Source: Blastocystis sp. Blastoise
Taxonomy: Eukaryota > Protista > Bigyra: Opalinata
Direction: 5' to 3'
Assembly: GCA_039096225.1 (NCBI GenBank)
Contig: JBBPEB010000033.1
Coordinates: 992,001-1,056,000 of the forward strand
DNA: 64,000 nucleotides
Part shown: positions 14,091-38,501 of the stretch, one piece after another
Position numbering within the stretch: the first letter of the stretch is position 1
Layout: the number at the start of each line of letters is the position of its first letter
Notes under the pieces: model-generated
The model's database searches: none
What the model saw: only the letters and a program-made list of their open reading frames with translations
Told to the model about the DNA's origin: nothing
Made by a program: the position numbers and the translations under genes

Positions 14091-14615
14091 GCATATAATT
14101 AGCGATTTATCTTTATCTTGATTTGATTTATAAATTAAATTTCTTTTTTTTTTTTACAAAATTTGTATTGAATTCTATGTTATGATTAAGTATTTTAGTT
14201 ATGAATGAAAACATTTTTTTTTTGCGATAAAATAAGACATTTTGATCTTTAGAAATGAACTCAACTTTGAATCATTAGTTTCCCATGACGTTAACTACAT
14301 TTATTTTTTAATTCAGAAATAGCCTATACATAAAACGATAGAAAATAAAACGAATTATTATTAAAATAGCATGCTATTTTAATAGTATACAAAAAGATTT
14401 ACAAAATTTGAATGAATTGAAGAATAGCAAACTTCTAGTTTTTATCAAAATAAAGTGGGAATTGTGTCGATATCCATGGTTTTTCTTTCTGTTTTTTTAA
14501 AGTACTTTACTAAACAAAGAAGTCGTTTTACTTTCTTTTTTTTTGGTTCTGACTAGAAAAAGAGAAAAATTTTACTTTTTATTCATCTGGAATCTACTCA
14601 GAAATCGTCAGTAAC

Positions 14616-15922
14616 ATGTCAAACTCTAAACTTTGTGTTGACGACTACGAAGTTAATGCCAAAATTGGTAGTGGTGCTTTTGGTGATATTCATATAGGAA
14701 AAAATAAGCAAAACAATGCTCTTGTTGCTATAAAGTTGGAAAGTGATAAAACGAAGTCTCCTCAATTATCTCTTGAATCTAAGTTATATCAATTATTTGC
14801 TGGTGGTTATGGTATCCCTAATATGTACTTATATAAACAAGTATCCCATTATAATGTTTTGGTAATGGATTTACTTGGACCTAGTTTAGAAGATTTATTT
14901 AATTTTTGTGGTAGAACATTCTCTAAACATACTGTCTATCAACTAGCTATTGAGATGATTACTCGTGTTGAGTATATTCATGATTGTGATTTTATACATC
15001 GTGATATTAAACCTGATAACTTTGTTATTGGTATGGGTGAAAATCATAATGTTGTATATATTATCGATTATGGTCTTTCTAAAAGATATTTCAATTCTAG
15101 TAATGGAACACATATTTCGTAAGTTTTTTTTGTATTTATTCTTTTAATATTTTTTGATGTTGTTATTCTATTATTGTTATATTTATTTTAAATCATTTTT
15201 ATTATAATTATAAGTATTTATAATATAGTATAGTTTATTAAATAAATAATATTCATAGTATTCTTATATATATATTGTTATATATATATTGTTATATATA
15301 TATATTGTTATATATATAGTTACCGTGAGAATCGTCATTTAACAGGTACCCCTCGTTATGCTAGTTTAGCCAATCATTTGGGTATAGAACAATCTAGAAG
15401 GGATGATTTAGAATCTTTAGGATATGTGTTTTTGTATTTCTTAAAGGGGAAACTTCCTTGGCAAGGATTAAATGCTATGACAAAAAAACAAAAATATAAT
15501 AAAATCATGGAATGCAAAATTGAAGTATATATATATATATATAATTTATTATTTATTGTTATTATTGTATATATATTATTTATTATTATTATTATTGTAT
15601 ATATGTTATATAATTATTTTTAGTTATCTTAATATTTAAATATTATTATTCTTATTTTTATTCATTAAATTATTATTATTATAATCATTTTATATTTTCT
15701 TATCTTAATATATATATATATATATATATAGAATAGTTTTCAGACTTTATGTAATGGTTTGCCTGATGAGTTTTGTTATTATTTCGATTATTGTCGTTCT
15801 CTTCGATTCGATGATAAACCGGATTACGAATATTTAAAAGGATTATTCATGAATTGCCTTAAGAAAGAAGTATATATAGAATATATTAAAATAATAATAA
15901 GTATAATAATAAGTATAATAAT

Positions 15923-15964
<42 letters not shown>

Positions 15965-16615
15965 CTTAGCTTATGATGGTCGATTTGATTGGATGGTTAA
16001 GGATAAACAGGATACCACCAATTGTATTCCCGCGCATTGTAAGACTAGGAATAATACATTAAAAGATGAATTCTTATTACCTTCTAAAGAAGAATATAGA
16101 AGGAATAAAAAACCATGTATATATATATTATTCATTATATATATATTATTCATTATATATATTATTATTTATTATATATATTATTCATTATAAATTATTA
16201 TTCATTATATATATAGTACCTCCAAATGATCCTCATCGCCCTGTAGATGTCTCGCAACTCGACGCAAAACGATCGTATGAAATGCTTCAAATCGATCCAA
16301 ATAACCGCGGGAATAATGCAGATATGAATATGTCTATGAATTCTTTAAATATTGATGTTAATAGAAGAAATCTGTATATATATAATAATAATAATAAACA
16401 ACATAAATAATAATAATAAACATAATAATAATTAAAAACAATATAAACATATATATAGTATGCATATGAATCGTTATAACCCTATGATGCCAAATATGTC
16501 ACCCTATCCAGGAAGTTCTTTAGATCCTTATGCTACCCCTCCCTACCTGATGCAGTCGATAGGCCACTCCTCCTCATCCTCTCATAGATCACAACAAGAT
16601 TATAAGAATAAATAA
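14616..16615 (+). CDS. Casein kinase 1 family Ser/Thr kinase
   Basis: Contains [58 protein letters not shown] and [13 protein letters not shown]. The last exon ends YKNK* at 16615. Confidence 0.95.
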
Positions 16616-17438
16616 TATATATATATTTATTATTATTATTTCAAAGAATATATATATATATATAATTTATTTTTATTCTAGTATATTTTATATATATAAA
16701 CTTTAATGAATTCTATTTTTTTCTAAAAATTCCATCAGTATATAATGTTTTATTTACTTTTCAAATGATATTTAACATTATTTTCGACTCTTTTCTTTTT
16801 TTCATTAGTATTCAGTTTTTTTTTCTTTTTAAAAATTTTATTTTGTTATCTTTTTATTTCTTTTTATTTTAACAGATTGAACATTCATAAAGATTATTTT
16901 ATTTTCTATTTATCGAATGCTATTTATATATAACTGTATTCTAGTATAATTAGTAAAGTTTTGTTTTAAAAAAAAAATTATACATAATTTTTAGTTAAAT
17001 GCTTCTATTATATATTCTAAAGGATCAATTTATATATATATATATATAATGATCAGTTGATTATTCTTGAAATCATTATATATATTATGATCAATTACCA
17101 TTATAAACTAAACATTAATAAAATAACAATAAAAAAGTCCTCAATAAAACTTAAAATAAAAACAAGCTTTGAAAAAATAGGACATCTGTATAAAATGTAT
17201 AATACTTATATATATATATATATAATTTACCACAAATTAAACAAATATTTATATATTAATAACTAAAAACAAATAAAAAGAAAAGAAAACAATAAATTGA
17301 AAAAAAATATATATATAACAAAAAATAAAAAATATATATATAATTACAAATCCAATGTATATACAAAGAAAAACAAAACATATATATATATATATATATG
17401 TCAAAAAAATATTATTTTATTTACCTTTATAAAAATAA

Positions 17439-23512
<6,074 letters not shown>

Positions 23513-25947
23513 CAGTTAGTTTCTAGAACGAAATATTTGGTATTTTATAAAGGAATTGAATTGAATAACTAGAATAATAATATATGACGTTGTTAGAACT
23601 CAAGAGCATAAAACATACAGTTGAAAGATAAACTAATTTAGAAAAAATGTATTCAATTATATAATTAAATTATAAATTTTTGTGTTGTCTTTAAAAATGT
23701 GTTTATGGACTTTCAGATAAATTCAGTAGAAATAAGCAAAAAATAAACTTTGAACATAGGGGATTACGTGTGTTTTGAGATGGATTTTATGTTTTTCTTT
23801 CTATTGATTGCTTTATTATCATATACAAGAAGAATAATGAGTTATAAGTTCAAGAAAAGTTTATGATATCTTTTACTGTAAGAAAATAATGATAGATAAA
23901 TGATTTGCTAATAACTGAAGTGAATGACTCAAATGAGAAAGCAACAAATATATAAATTATTATAAATCGTTTAAGAATAGAGTGATATCTATAAGGAAAA
24001 AATAAAATAGATAGAAAGATAGGACTATCGATTTATAAGATGACCATAATTCTTATATGAAAAGACAAATATATAAGAATAGATCAAAAGAAGAATAAAA
24101 AAGAATGAAGTATAATTATAAAAAATTTTAATACTATAAAATAAAAAAAATCATATAATTGTTTATTATATATAATAAAAATTATAATAATAATAAACAG
24201 AATATAATTATATTTTATAATATTGGGTTTGGTTTGTTTAGTATGGTTTGTTTGGGTGTGTTTTTGAAGTGTGATTTTTTTTTTATTTTATAATATAATG
24301 ACAATATATATATTACTATTAGATTTTAATAGCTTGAATAGTATCGGCATAAAATAAGATAAGAATATAGATAAGAATACTATATATAATACTATATATA
24401 AATCTATATAAATATTAATATATAATCAATATAGATATTTATGGATATATATATAGATATATATATACCGTATCTTACCTATAAAAATGACTTATTTTAA
24501 TATTCAAATGTTATTTTTCAAAAATATAAAAATAAATATTCTTTTCGACTCCAATATATATATATATAAATATATATATATAATATATATCTCCTTAAGG
24601 AGACATGAAATAGAAAAGAATATATTTTTTTATAAAGAAGAAAAAATAACCTATTAAAAACTAATAAAGAAATAATATATATATAATTCTAGACATATTT
24701 ATATGATAATTCGATTAAATTACGATTTTTTTTCACATATCTAGTGAATAATTTTATACATTGTTGAATAAATAACTAATGTTATCTATATAGAATGAAT
24801 AATATATATAGTAATAGTATATTAAATGATAAATAATAGAATAAAATAAATAATAATAAACAAAAATAAAATAATAATAAATATAATAAAACAATTATAA
24901 ATAATAATAAATAAAATAAATAAAAAATAAATAAAAAATAAATAAAATAAATAATATATATATATACTTTTCAACTATGTAGCAATAAACTAAATGGCTA
25001 ACTAAAGCCAGCTAACTTTACAATAAAAATTTTTTTACTACAATTTGTAGTTATAATAAATTTTTTTTAGTAATACAATATGCTATATTTAGCATTATAA
25101 GTATTAATTTTTAAGATATATTCTATATTATTTTATGTATATAAATATATATGATAAATAATTTCACTTCTTATATTTATCTGATTCGATATTATTGTAA
25201 GAATAGAATACTATTTAACATATATATATACATATACATAAAAAATAATAATAGATAATTTATCTTAACCAACGTACATATTTTTTTTTTATATATAAGA
25301 ATTCTTCATAATAATAAATAAAATGTTGAATTGATATAGAAAAAAAAAATTCAATTTATTTAATTATTTGATACACATAGACATAAAATATATACTAATT
25401 GAATTAACAAATAGTTTATATAAATACATATATGAGTATAAACAATAATAAGTTGAATAAAAAAATATATGTACAATTATATATATATATATAAATCCAC
25501 ATTCATAAAGAAGTAGAAACATATATATATTAAAAGGTTGCTCCTTGTTATAATATATTAATATTATTAACAAGGAGCACCTGAACAAAGAATATGATCA
25601 TTATATATTGTTATATATATAGATCATTTCTATTATATAATCGATTTGATATTATCAAATGAAAAAGTGTATATTATATATATATAAATATAAATAAATA
25701 AAAAATATATAAATATAAAAAATATATAAATATAAAATATATAAATAAAAAATATATAAATATAAAGAATAAAAATATAAAGAATAAAAATATATAAAAA
25801 AGAGAAAGAGAAAATAGAGAAAAAAGAAGAGGGGAATAATTGTAAATATATATATATATATCTACATATAAAAGGAATGTTAAAGAAGGGATTTAAAAAG
25901 AAATTAAAACGAATAATATAACAAATATATATATATATATAAATAAA

Positions 25948-29438
<3,491 letters not shown>

Positions 29439-31040
29439 CTAAAAAACCATGGTTATTTAATTTAACATGGAAAACAAAAATTTGTTTTGTGGTTTGTGTT
29501 TTGATTTTATTATTCCCGTGAATTTATTTGTTTAAATAGAAATGCTTTATTTTTTGGAAATATTATAGATTAACAAATTCCATTAAGTCTCATTTGAACG
29601 AAAATATTATTTAATAGAGATGGGCAAAGTCCATCAAGTTTCATTTGAATGAACATGTTCTTTAAAAATTGATTTTTCTTGTATAATAGTATCAAAACAT
29701 TTATTTTTTAAACTTATATGTATATCTTTTGCATTCTATATACTTATGTTCACACTTTGAACAGGAGAAATCTAAAGAATATATGACAACTTGATGCAAT
29801 TCACTTTATAATTGATTTGCTTTATTTAATTGTAGTGTATATCATTTTATAAATAGATTCTATGTTCTATTCAATATTAATCAGGCATTTATATAATTCT
29901 ATGTACTCATCAAACCCAGAATATTTTGTAAAATTCACCTAAAACCTATCATAATGAGCTATACACTTTCTACTATATACAAAGAAACTACTATGATGAC
30001 ATTTAGAATAGTTGACATGAATTGAGATGCATCGATAGTTCATGAACTAAGATTATTTCATGTAAATAAGAATATATACATAAAAATGTACACGATGTGA
30101 TGTTTTTATATATGAAATAATTAGAAAAAACAAAAGTTTGATCCAATTTTATTACAAAGTTGTGATTGATATATATTTATATAGACCATAATCTCTAGAG
30201 TTGAATCAGAGATCCAAATTCTAATTTTCATTTATTAATTGTAATCATATTTTATACTCGTTCCGTATTGTTTCATTTTTCTTTTAAAGTCTACACGATC
30301 ATGGCAGATACGTGGATTATTTCATGACACTTTGACTTAATAATAGCTTGAACTGAGATTGGAAACATACCAAAAAGCAATGGCTTTTCTTCTGTCCATT
30401 CAAAAAATAGGAGAAACAGGAGGTCCATAATGGAGCTCCATAAAAAAAATGGACATCCATTGGATCTTCACGCAGATGCTGGTCCATTTGCTTGTCTCAA
30501 ATCAGACCATATCTGACAAAAAGCAGACTTTTTTTTTGGCGACTTTATTTGGTATTGCTGAATCAGGCTTAAAATTTTATTAGTCGGAATTTCTCATTTA
30601 TCGTTTTTCTCTCTTGTGAAAACAGACTAATAAATTTTTTTATTATGAAAACTAGAGATTATTGAATAAGATCGAAAGAATTTGTAGTTAAGGATATAAA
30701 ATAAAATAGAATTAGTGCATTGTCATATCAACAAGAAATAAGAAAATTTTCATGGCTAGTTAGTTTTTTTTCACTTTCCTTTTGTTAACTATCCATATAA
30801 TCGCAAAGATTTTTTTTTTTCCGATAAACATTCCTTTTGTCTATTCTTTTTATAGAGAAAACGGCATTTCTCAATGATTGGCTATTTCTGACCAACGAAA
30901 TGAATGGATTATAAAAATCAAGAAAAATTTTCATGTTTTTAATAACTATACAAATAGAGAATATTTTTTGTAGAACACTTTTTGTTTCTATATTTTCTAT
31001 ATATTTATTTTATTTTGCATTCAATAAAGAATTATAATCA

Positions 31041-31836
31041 ATGAAGAATAACATAAAAGTTTTCCTCTTTGCAATATACATTTTAGGTATGCCATATTTT
31101 GTGCACAATTTGTTCATTGTGTTTTATGTTTTTTAAATTTATAGTCGCTCGCGCTTGCTCCACTGGAGAATATGCTGTTACTCTAAAGAGACAATATGCT
31201 AGTCAGTTTGGAGAAACTGTTACCATTGCTAATGCTGCATCATCCTTCTTAAGAGTTTCTTATGTTTTTCGTGATGTGTCTGCTGTTCCACAAGATGATA
31301 CTGTTGACTACAGTGTCTGTTTAGATGGAGATAAAGATTATACTATTGAATTGTCTTCAAAGTATTTTTTTCTATCATAAAAAATGTTTTTATAAAAATT
31401 AGGAATGTTACTGCTTGGGCTAATGGATCTTTTGTTCGTTTGGTTTATAATCAAATTACTCTTGTGGATACTCGCTTAACTGTTGATGATAATGGAAAGA
31501 AAACAATTAAATTTAGTTGTATATATATTTTTTGTTTATATGAAATATACATATAAATTATTCATAGTGTCTTCTATACTTTCTTCAAGAATAAATTGGA
31601 AATATTCTACTTCTGTTGATGTTGCTACTTGGAAGGAAAGTAAAATAGAAGAATGGGGTGAAGACTATAAGAATAAAGAAATAAAGAATTCTGGAGTTAC
31701 TACTTATTTTAGAAAGGATATAGCTGTTGATGAATCTTTTATTGGTCTCCAATTATCTATTCAAAGTCAAAGTGGATTTATTGTTTATATTAATGGAATT
31801 CAAGTGTATTCTTATTTGTTAGATAAGTATATTTTA

Positions 31837-31882
<46 letters not shown>

Positions 31883-34800
31883 TTATTTATTTATTTATTT
31901 ATTATTTATTTATTATTTATTTATTATTATTATTATTGTTTATTTATTTATTTATTTATTTATTATTATTATTATTATCTAGATCCTTAAGCATATCTCA
32001 AAATACTCTTTCTCAGTCTTTTGAATCTATACCTAGTTATAAAAGGTATATATAGATAAATTAATTGAATTATCTATGATTTTTCTATAGTGTTGTTGTT
32101 CCTAAAGAATTATTTGCTTCTACTGTTTCTCTTTCTATATTAAAAATAGCTATAGAATTACATACTACTGCTGATCATCCTGAATTCCTTTCTTCCTTTG
32201 ATGTTCTCACCTATATTAATCATTCTAATGGTATATATATATATATTTAACAATATTCTTTTTTACAAATATATATATAACAATACTTTTGTTACGCATA
32301 TATATTAGTTATATATATATAATATTTTTTATATATAAATATATCTAAGTATATAAATAAAATAATTTTTATATATAAATATAGATTCTTTGAATAATAG
32401 TAAATCAATTTCATCTTCAATAACTAATCCGAGAAAGTTACAAAGTACTCAAGCACATATTTGTGTAAAAAGAGAAACATCGTTACATGCTCTATATGAA
32501 CAAGTAGTTATAAAATCAGAAGATGGAATAATTATATCTACTCTAATACAAAATGATAATAAAATAGAAACATTAGATTATTATGGTCCTATAGGTATTT
32601 GGTTATTTGAACTTTCATCAAATGTAAATAGTGTTTGGTATCAAGATTCTTATATAACAATATATCTTGTTGATGATATAAGTAATACATATATTCCTAT
32701 AACTAAATTAAGAACATTATCGAAATCAATTGAAACTTATTATATTAATACTGATTATTCTATGTTAATGCAATCTGAATGGAAATATACTATTTATAAT
32801 GAAAAACCTACAGAATGGTATGGATCTTCTGTTATGGATTCTACATGGTCAACAACTACTTCTTTATCTTCATCTATACCTATTACTACTTCTAATCAAT
32901 ATATTGTATTCCGTAAAACAATCAATACTCCATCAATTAATAATCAAAAATATTTTATATTAAAATATAAAACTTTTTCTAATTCGATCATTTATATAAA
33001 TAACCATGAAATAGCTAAATATGGATTTGATAATACTGATGAACAATTATTATCTGAATCTATTTATGTTGAACAAACAACTACAGGTCCTGTTTCTCTA
33101 TTTGATAGTCAATCAACTATTACTATATCTATATTAATTTTTGATAATCAACATACTATTGTTCCATCTTTTGATGCTTCTCTTCTTATGGTTGTCGATA
33201 GAAATATTCCTGCTTATACTGATTATGAAGTTACTAGTAAGAATGCTTTTCAAACAGATCATCCTAATACATTAGTTGATTTTAATTTAGTATCTTTTGT
33301 ACAAATTTTTGGTCGAGATGATGGATCAAGTTCTACATTATCTATACAAATGAAAGATGGATATAAATATATTACTAGATATTGTATATCACGCTCCAAT
33401 AGTTATGATGATGTTCCTATTTCATGGACAGTAGAATCTATTGATATTAATGGAGAATCACATGTACACTCTGAAGTAACTGATGCTTTTTCTACTCCTT
33501 ATACTTCAAATTCTCGTTGTTTTGAATTATCCAATGTTATTACAGGAATTAATTTATTAGAATTTACATTTAAAAATAATTTCTATAACTTAGAACATAA
33601 AGATTTTAATATTCCTGAAATTCAATTCTTTTATGATGTTATTACTCCTGAAACATTACCTTTATTATATACTAAAACTCCTTATATAGCATATGAGAGT
33701 ACTTATGTCATTATTTATTTTGATAATGCAGAATATTATCATGATTTTACTATTACTCCTTCTCTTTCTGATGGATTATCTTTTGATACTAAAACTGGTT
33801 CTATATTTGGTACTATTCAAAATGTAAATGAAAACCTTATGTATACTATTCAAGCTACATCAATATTTGATACATCATATTCATATGATATTACTATTCA
33901 AACTCAATCTTGTGTATTACCAATGGCTATAGTCAAACTTCAATTAGATTATGATGGTGAAACTGATTATTTAATACGAATGTATGATCCGGAAGAAGAA
34001 ATTTATTATCCATTTATTCATTTACATGAAGAAGGAAGTGAAAATTATCAATTATGTTTAAATAATGGTAAATATACTCTTTCTTTATTTAGAAATGCTG
34101 ATTCATATAAACATTATGATATGTATGTTGATAATAAATTCTATATACGTGCTCCTTTTACCACAGGATTATATTATTTCACATTATTAAAAGTAGTAGA
34201 TTCTTCAAGATTACCTGTTTTATATTCCTATGATAGTGTAACTTCACATGGAGAATGGACTAGAAATAATTTTGATGATACATTATGGTCTTCTGCTAGT
34301 TCTACTTCTTCTCTTCCTAATATACCTGATACTAGTATTACTCAATATTATAGATTACATTATCATATAAATAGTTTTACTAAGTCATCACAACGTTTAG
34401 ATATAACTGTATCTACTTATGCTGGTATGATTATTTATATAAATGGTATAGAAGTAAGAAGAGTTAACATAGATTCTGATACATGTATTCAATATAATAC
34501 ATTAGCTACATCTGAATATGATAAATATAAATCATTTAAATCTATTATTAGTTTAGCCATGGATCCAAATATATTAATTATTGGAGATAATGTCATTTCT
34601 ATAGAAATACATAAACAAAATACAATTATTCAACCTTCTTCTCAATTTTCTTTTTCTATAAATTATATAGATAATATGGAATCCTCTACTACAAATGGAG
34701 TATGGACATCAAATGGTATAGAATCTACTAGTTTTCCACTTTATAATCTTAATGATGATAATATTAATTCTTATGCAACTGTAGATCATGATTGTGTTAG

Positions 34801-37141
34801 TACGACATTCACATATACAAATTTAAATGAAATTGCTGATTATATAAATTATTATGAAATAGAATCAAAAAATTCTTTAAGTGCTGCTTTTAAACCTATA
34901 TCCTTTATTATTGAAGGAACAAAAGATAATGAAAAAACATGGACTTTGTTAAATACACAAATAGGATTAGATCCTTCTGGATATCAAGAATATATTTCAT
35001 TTAATAATAAACAAAGTTATACTGCTTATCGTTTCACAGCTACTAAATGTGGAGTAGATAGTACTTTATCAAGTAGTGCAACTCGTAAAACAGTATTAAA
35101 TACATTAAGTTTTAAATTTAATTTCTTAATGAGTTGTGAAGAATCTGGATGGTCATTAGCTTATAATAATCAATATTCTTATAAAACATGTCCTCAAGGA
35201 TATATAAGTAATGCAAAGCGTTTATGTAGTAATTATGAATTACAAGAAATTGAAGGTGATAATATATGTATGAAAATTGATAATTCTGTATTATCGTTTA
35301 AAGAAAGAAATATTTTAATAACTACTGGAGAATGTTATGAACAATATTATATATTTACTTCTACAAATGAACTAACTATTACTCCAGATCTTCCTGATGG
35401 TTTATATTTAGATAATACATATCAAATACTCTATGGTAATCCTACTACTCCTTCACCTACTACTATATATATACTTTCTTATATGGATAATAATAATAAT
35501 AGAATAGAATATGATATAAGTATTACTATTAAAAATCCATATTGTGCTTCAGAAACGGATTGGCAACAAACTGGTCCTAATGAATCAGTTTCTTTAGAAT
35601 GTCCAAGTGGTTATAGTGGTCAAATAATAAGATTATGTAATGAATATTATGAATGGGAATATCCTGATTATTCTGGTTGTGTTCAATGTACAGGTACTAC
35701 TTATTATGATGGTACTAAATGTTCAGAATGTGGACGAGGTACTGTTACTACTGTTAATGGTACTAATGTTTCATGTACTCCTTGTAGACGAACAGAATTT
35801 GTACATAATAATAAATGTTATCCTTATAAATATTGTCCTGATGATATTATAGATACATTTGAATATTATCAAACATTTATTTTTAGTAATGCTATTGTTA
35901 ATTGTACTAATGAAAATCAATATGGTTATTATCAAGTCTTATGTGATTATATAGATAATACACCTATTTGGTCTGATGATATTAATAAAGAATTTTGTTG
36001 TATATATATGTTTTTATTAGTTGAATTTATTTTATTTATTATTTTATTTATTTATTATTTTATTTATATTATTTATACTATAATAATAATTCTTATTATA
36101 TATAGATTCTCGTCCTGAAACTGTTCCTGGAAAAGTTTTCCAAATTATTGATTATACAATACGTTCTAGTGATATTATAAACGATGTTTATCCTATGTTA
36201 TTAACTACAACCAAAATGTTTGTACAAACACATCCTTATCAATTGACAGATCTTTTTATTACTACCAGTTTTAATGAAGAAGACCAAGTATGAATATATG
36301 ATTATATTTATTATACACTATTTTTTTAATCATTTATTAGATATATTTACTATATATATATATCATAGATTCTAATATATATTCTATATATTATAAACTA
36401 TTTTAAATAATTTATAAGATTTATTTACTATATACATATATCATAGAGTCTAATATATATTCTATATAGATGGAAATGACTCTATTTCATATTTATTATG
36501 GTTCTAGCGCTGATATTTATTATTCTTCTGATTCTTTTGAGGAAAAGAATCAATTATTTATTAATTCTACTATAAGTTCTTCTACTATATCCAATACTAC
36601 TGTTTCTTCTCTTGAAAATACAGTTACTTTACATAATAAAGAGAATTCTTATTGTCATCTTCCAGAAGATAATAATATTATAATAAATTCTAATTATTAT
36701 TATTTATATTCAGAAACTATAGATTCTACAATTCATACTATATCTTATTATTGTAAACAAGATAAATTAAAATATATTATGAATCCTGCTTTCACATCCT
36801 ATATTTCTAATATTAATAATAAAATAGAAATTGAATTATCTTTTGAAGGCATTAAAGGAACATGGGTTAACTATAATGTATTTATATCTATATATAGATC
36901 TCTTTTAGTATCTATTAATGTACCCATTTCTCAAATGAAATTTGTTGGAATTGAATCTTCTCCTGATGGCCTTAAAACATTAAATATTAAATATGATATT
37001 TCTTTCCCTGAAGGAACTCAATATGATACTACAAATATCAATAATTGGATGAATAAACAATTATTGATTCAGAAAATAACTAGAATTATACCATTTGAAT
37101 TCTCCAATTTTCAAGTTAATATCAGTAATTTGAGTCTTTAA
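31041..37141 (+). CDS. Large secreted/surface multidomain protein (jelly-roll/galactose-binding-like repeats, discoidin-like domains, He_PIG Ig-like repeats, Cys-rich HRM-like repeats)
   Basis: Signal peptide MKNNIKVFLFAIYILVARA. Three W..W..YFRK/YYRL...IYING.E modules. Two TITP.L.DGL..D....I.G Ig-like repeats. Cys repeats such as C..ETDWQQT......LECPSGYSG...RLC....W..PDYSGC. Stop at 37141. Confidence 0.75.
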
Positions 37142-37623
37142 TAATTTTATATTAATTACTTTAATACATATAGAAAATTTTAGCTGTATAATTTACAATT
37201 TTCATTATTTTTTTATAATTTTTCAAATCTAATTATTTTATCTTATTATTACATTATTATACTTTATATATATTTCTTAAGCATTGTTTCTATTATTATT
37301 ATTATTATTATATTTCTTTAACAGCTGTTTATTTATATTATTTTTTTATATACTTATTATTCCTATTTTTTGAAAAACTTTTTCTTTATTGATGAGTCTG
37401 TGTGATTTGTCTCTTATAAATCATATTTATTTAGTTATTTTGTATTTAACGAAACTACTATTAAACTAAATACATTTTTAAAATTATATAATAATGAACA
37501 ATCAATAAGAATAGGAGCAACAATAGTTTTTTATATAGTGTTTTATTAAAGTATATATATATAATGAAAATAGTAATACATATATAAATACTTTTTAAAT
37601 ATAATAATTATATGCATAATAAA

Positions 37624-38434
37624 TTAAGAAGAATCATTTCCATAAATTTCAAAGTCAATAATATTAAATATATTTACATCATTTGGAGAATTATTATTAG
37701 CAAAGAAATTATTTCCAAGATTTATATATATATTAGAATACATAGTATGTTGATAGAATGACCCAAGTCGACCATAAGTAAATTGTTTCTTCTGTTCATC
37801 TTGATATATAGAAAATCCACTACAAAAACATATAGGAAATAAAGGATCATTTGAAATAAGAGCACTTGAAGAACTGTCTGCGTCTACAGTAAAACGAACA
37901 TAATTATAACCAAATGGATTTGTAATAGAAAACAAAAAAGCTTCAGGATCTTCTCTATATCCCATACCCGCTATATATATATTATTATTATTATATTTAA
38001 TAGTTACATAAATCTATATCAATATATAATATTATTTAATAATTATAAATAGAGTAATATATATAGTTTATAAATATTTCTTTATCATTAAAAATATTTT
38101 TAATAGTAATTATAATAGTATAGATTGTATTACCATTATAATAAATATAATAAATATAATAAATATAATAAATAGATATATATACGTCTTAAAGGATTAT
38201 TATTTTCTGTATGATTCTTACCCCAACCAACACTAGTATATCCTCCAAATATATACGTTTGATCATCTCCTCCTCGTCCTTTTATTATTATTAAGGATTC
38301 TTTCTCATCACATTTCTCATGCCATTTCTCAACACTTTTATTCTCATCAGAACATCTATATTTATTAATTTAATATATATAATAAATATAACAAATTAAT
38401 ATATATATATTATGTATCATTATATAATAATATA

Positions 38435-38501
<67 letters not shown>

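Noticed and set aside
30516-30530. ACAAAAAGCAGACT resembles the RNase P RNA CR-V element
   Set aside because: No convincing upstream GGAARGTCTG-type CR-I to form P4. Kept only as part of an unassigned island.
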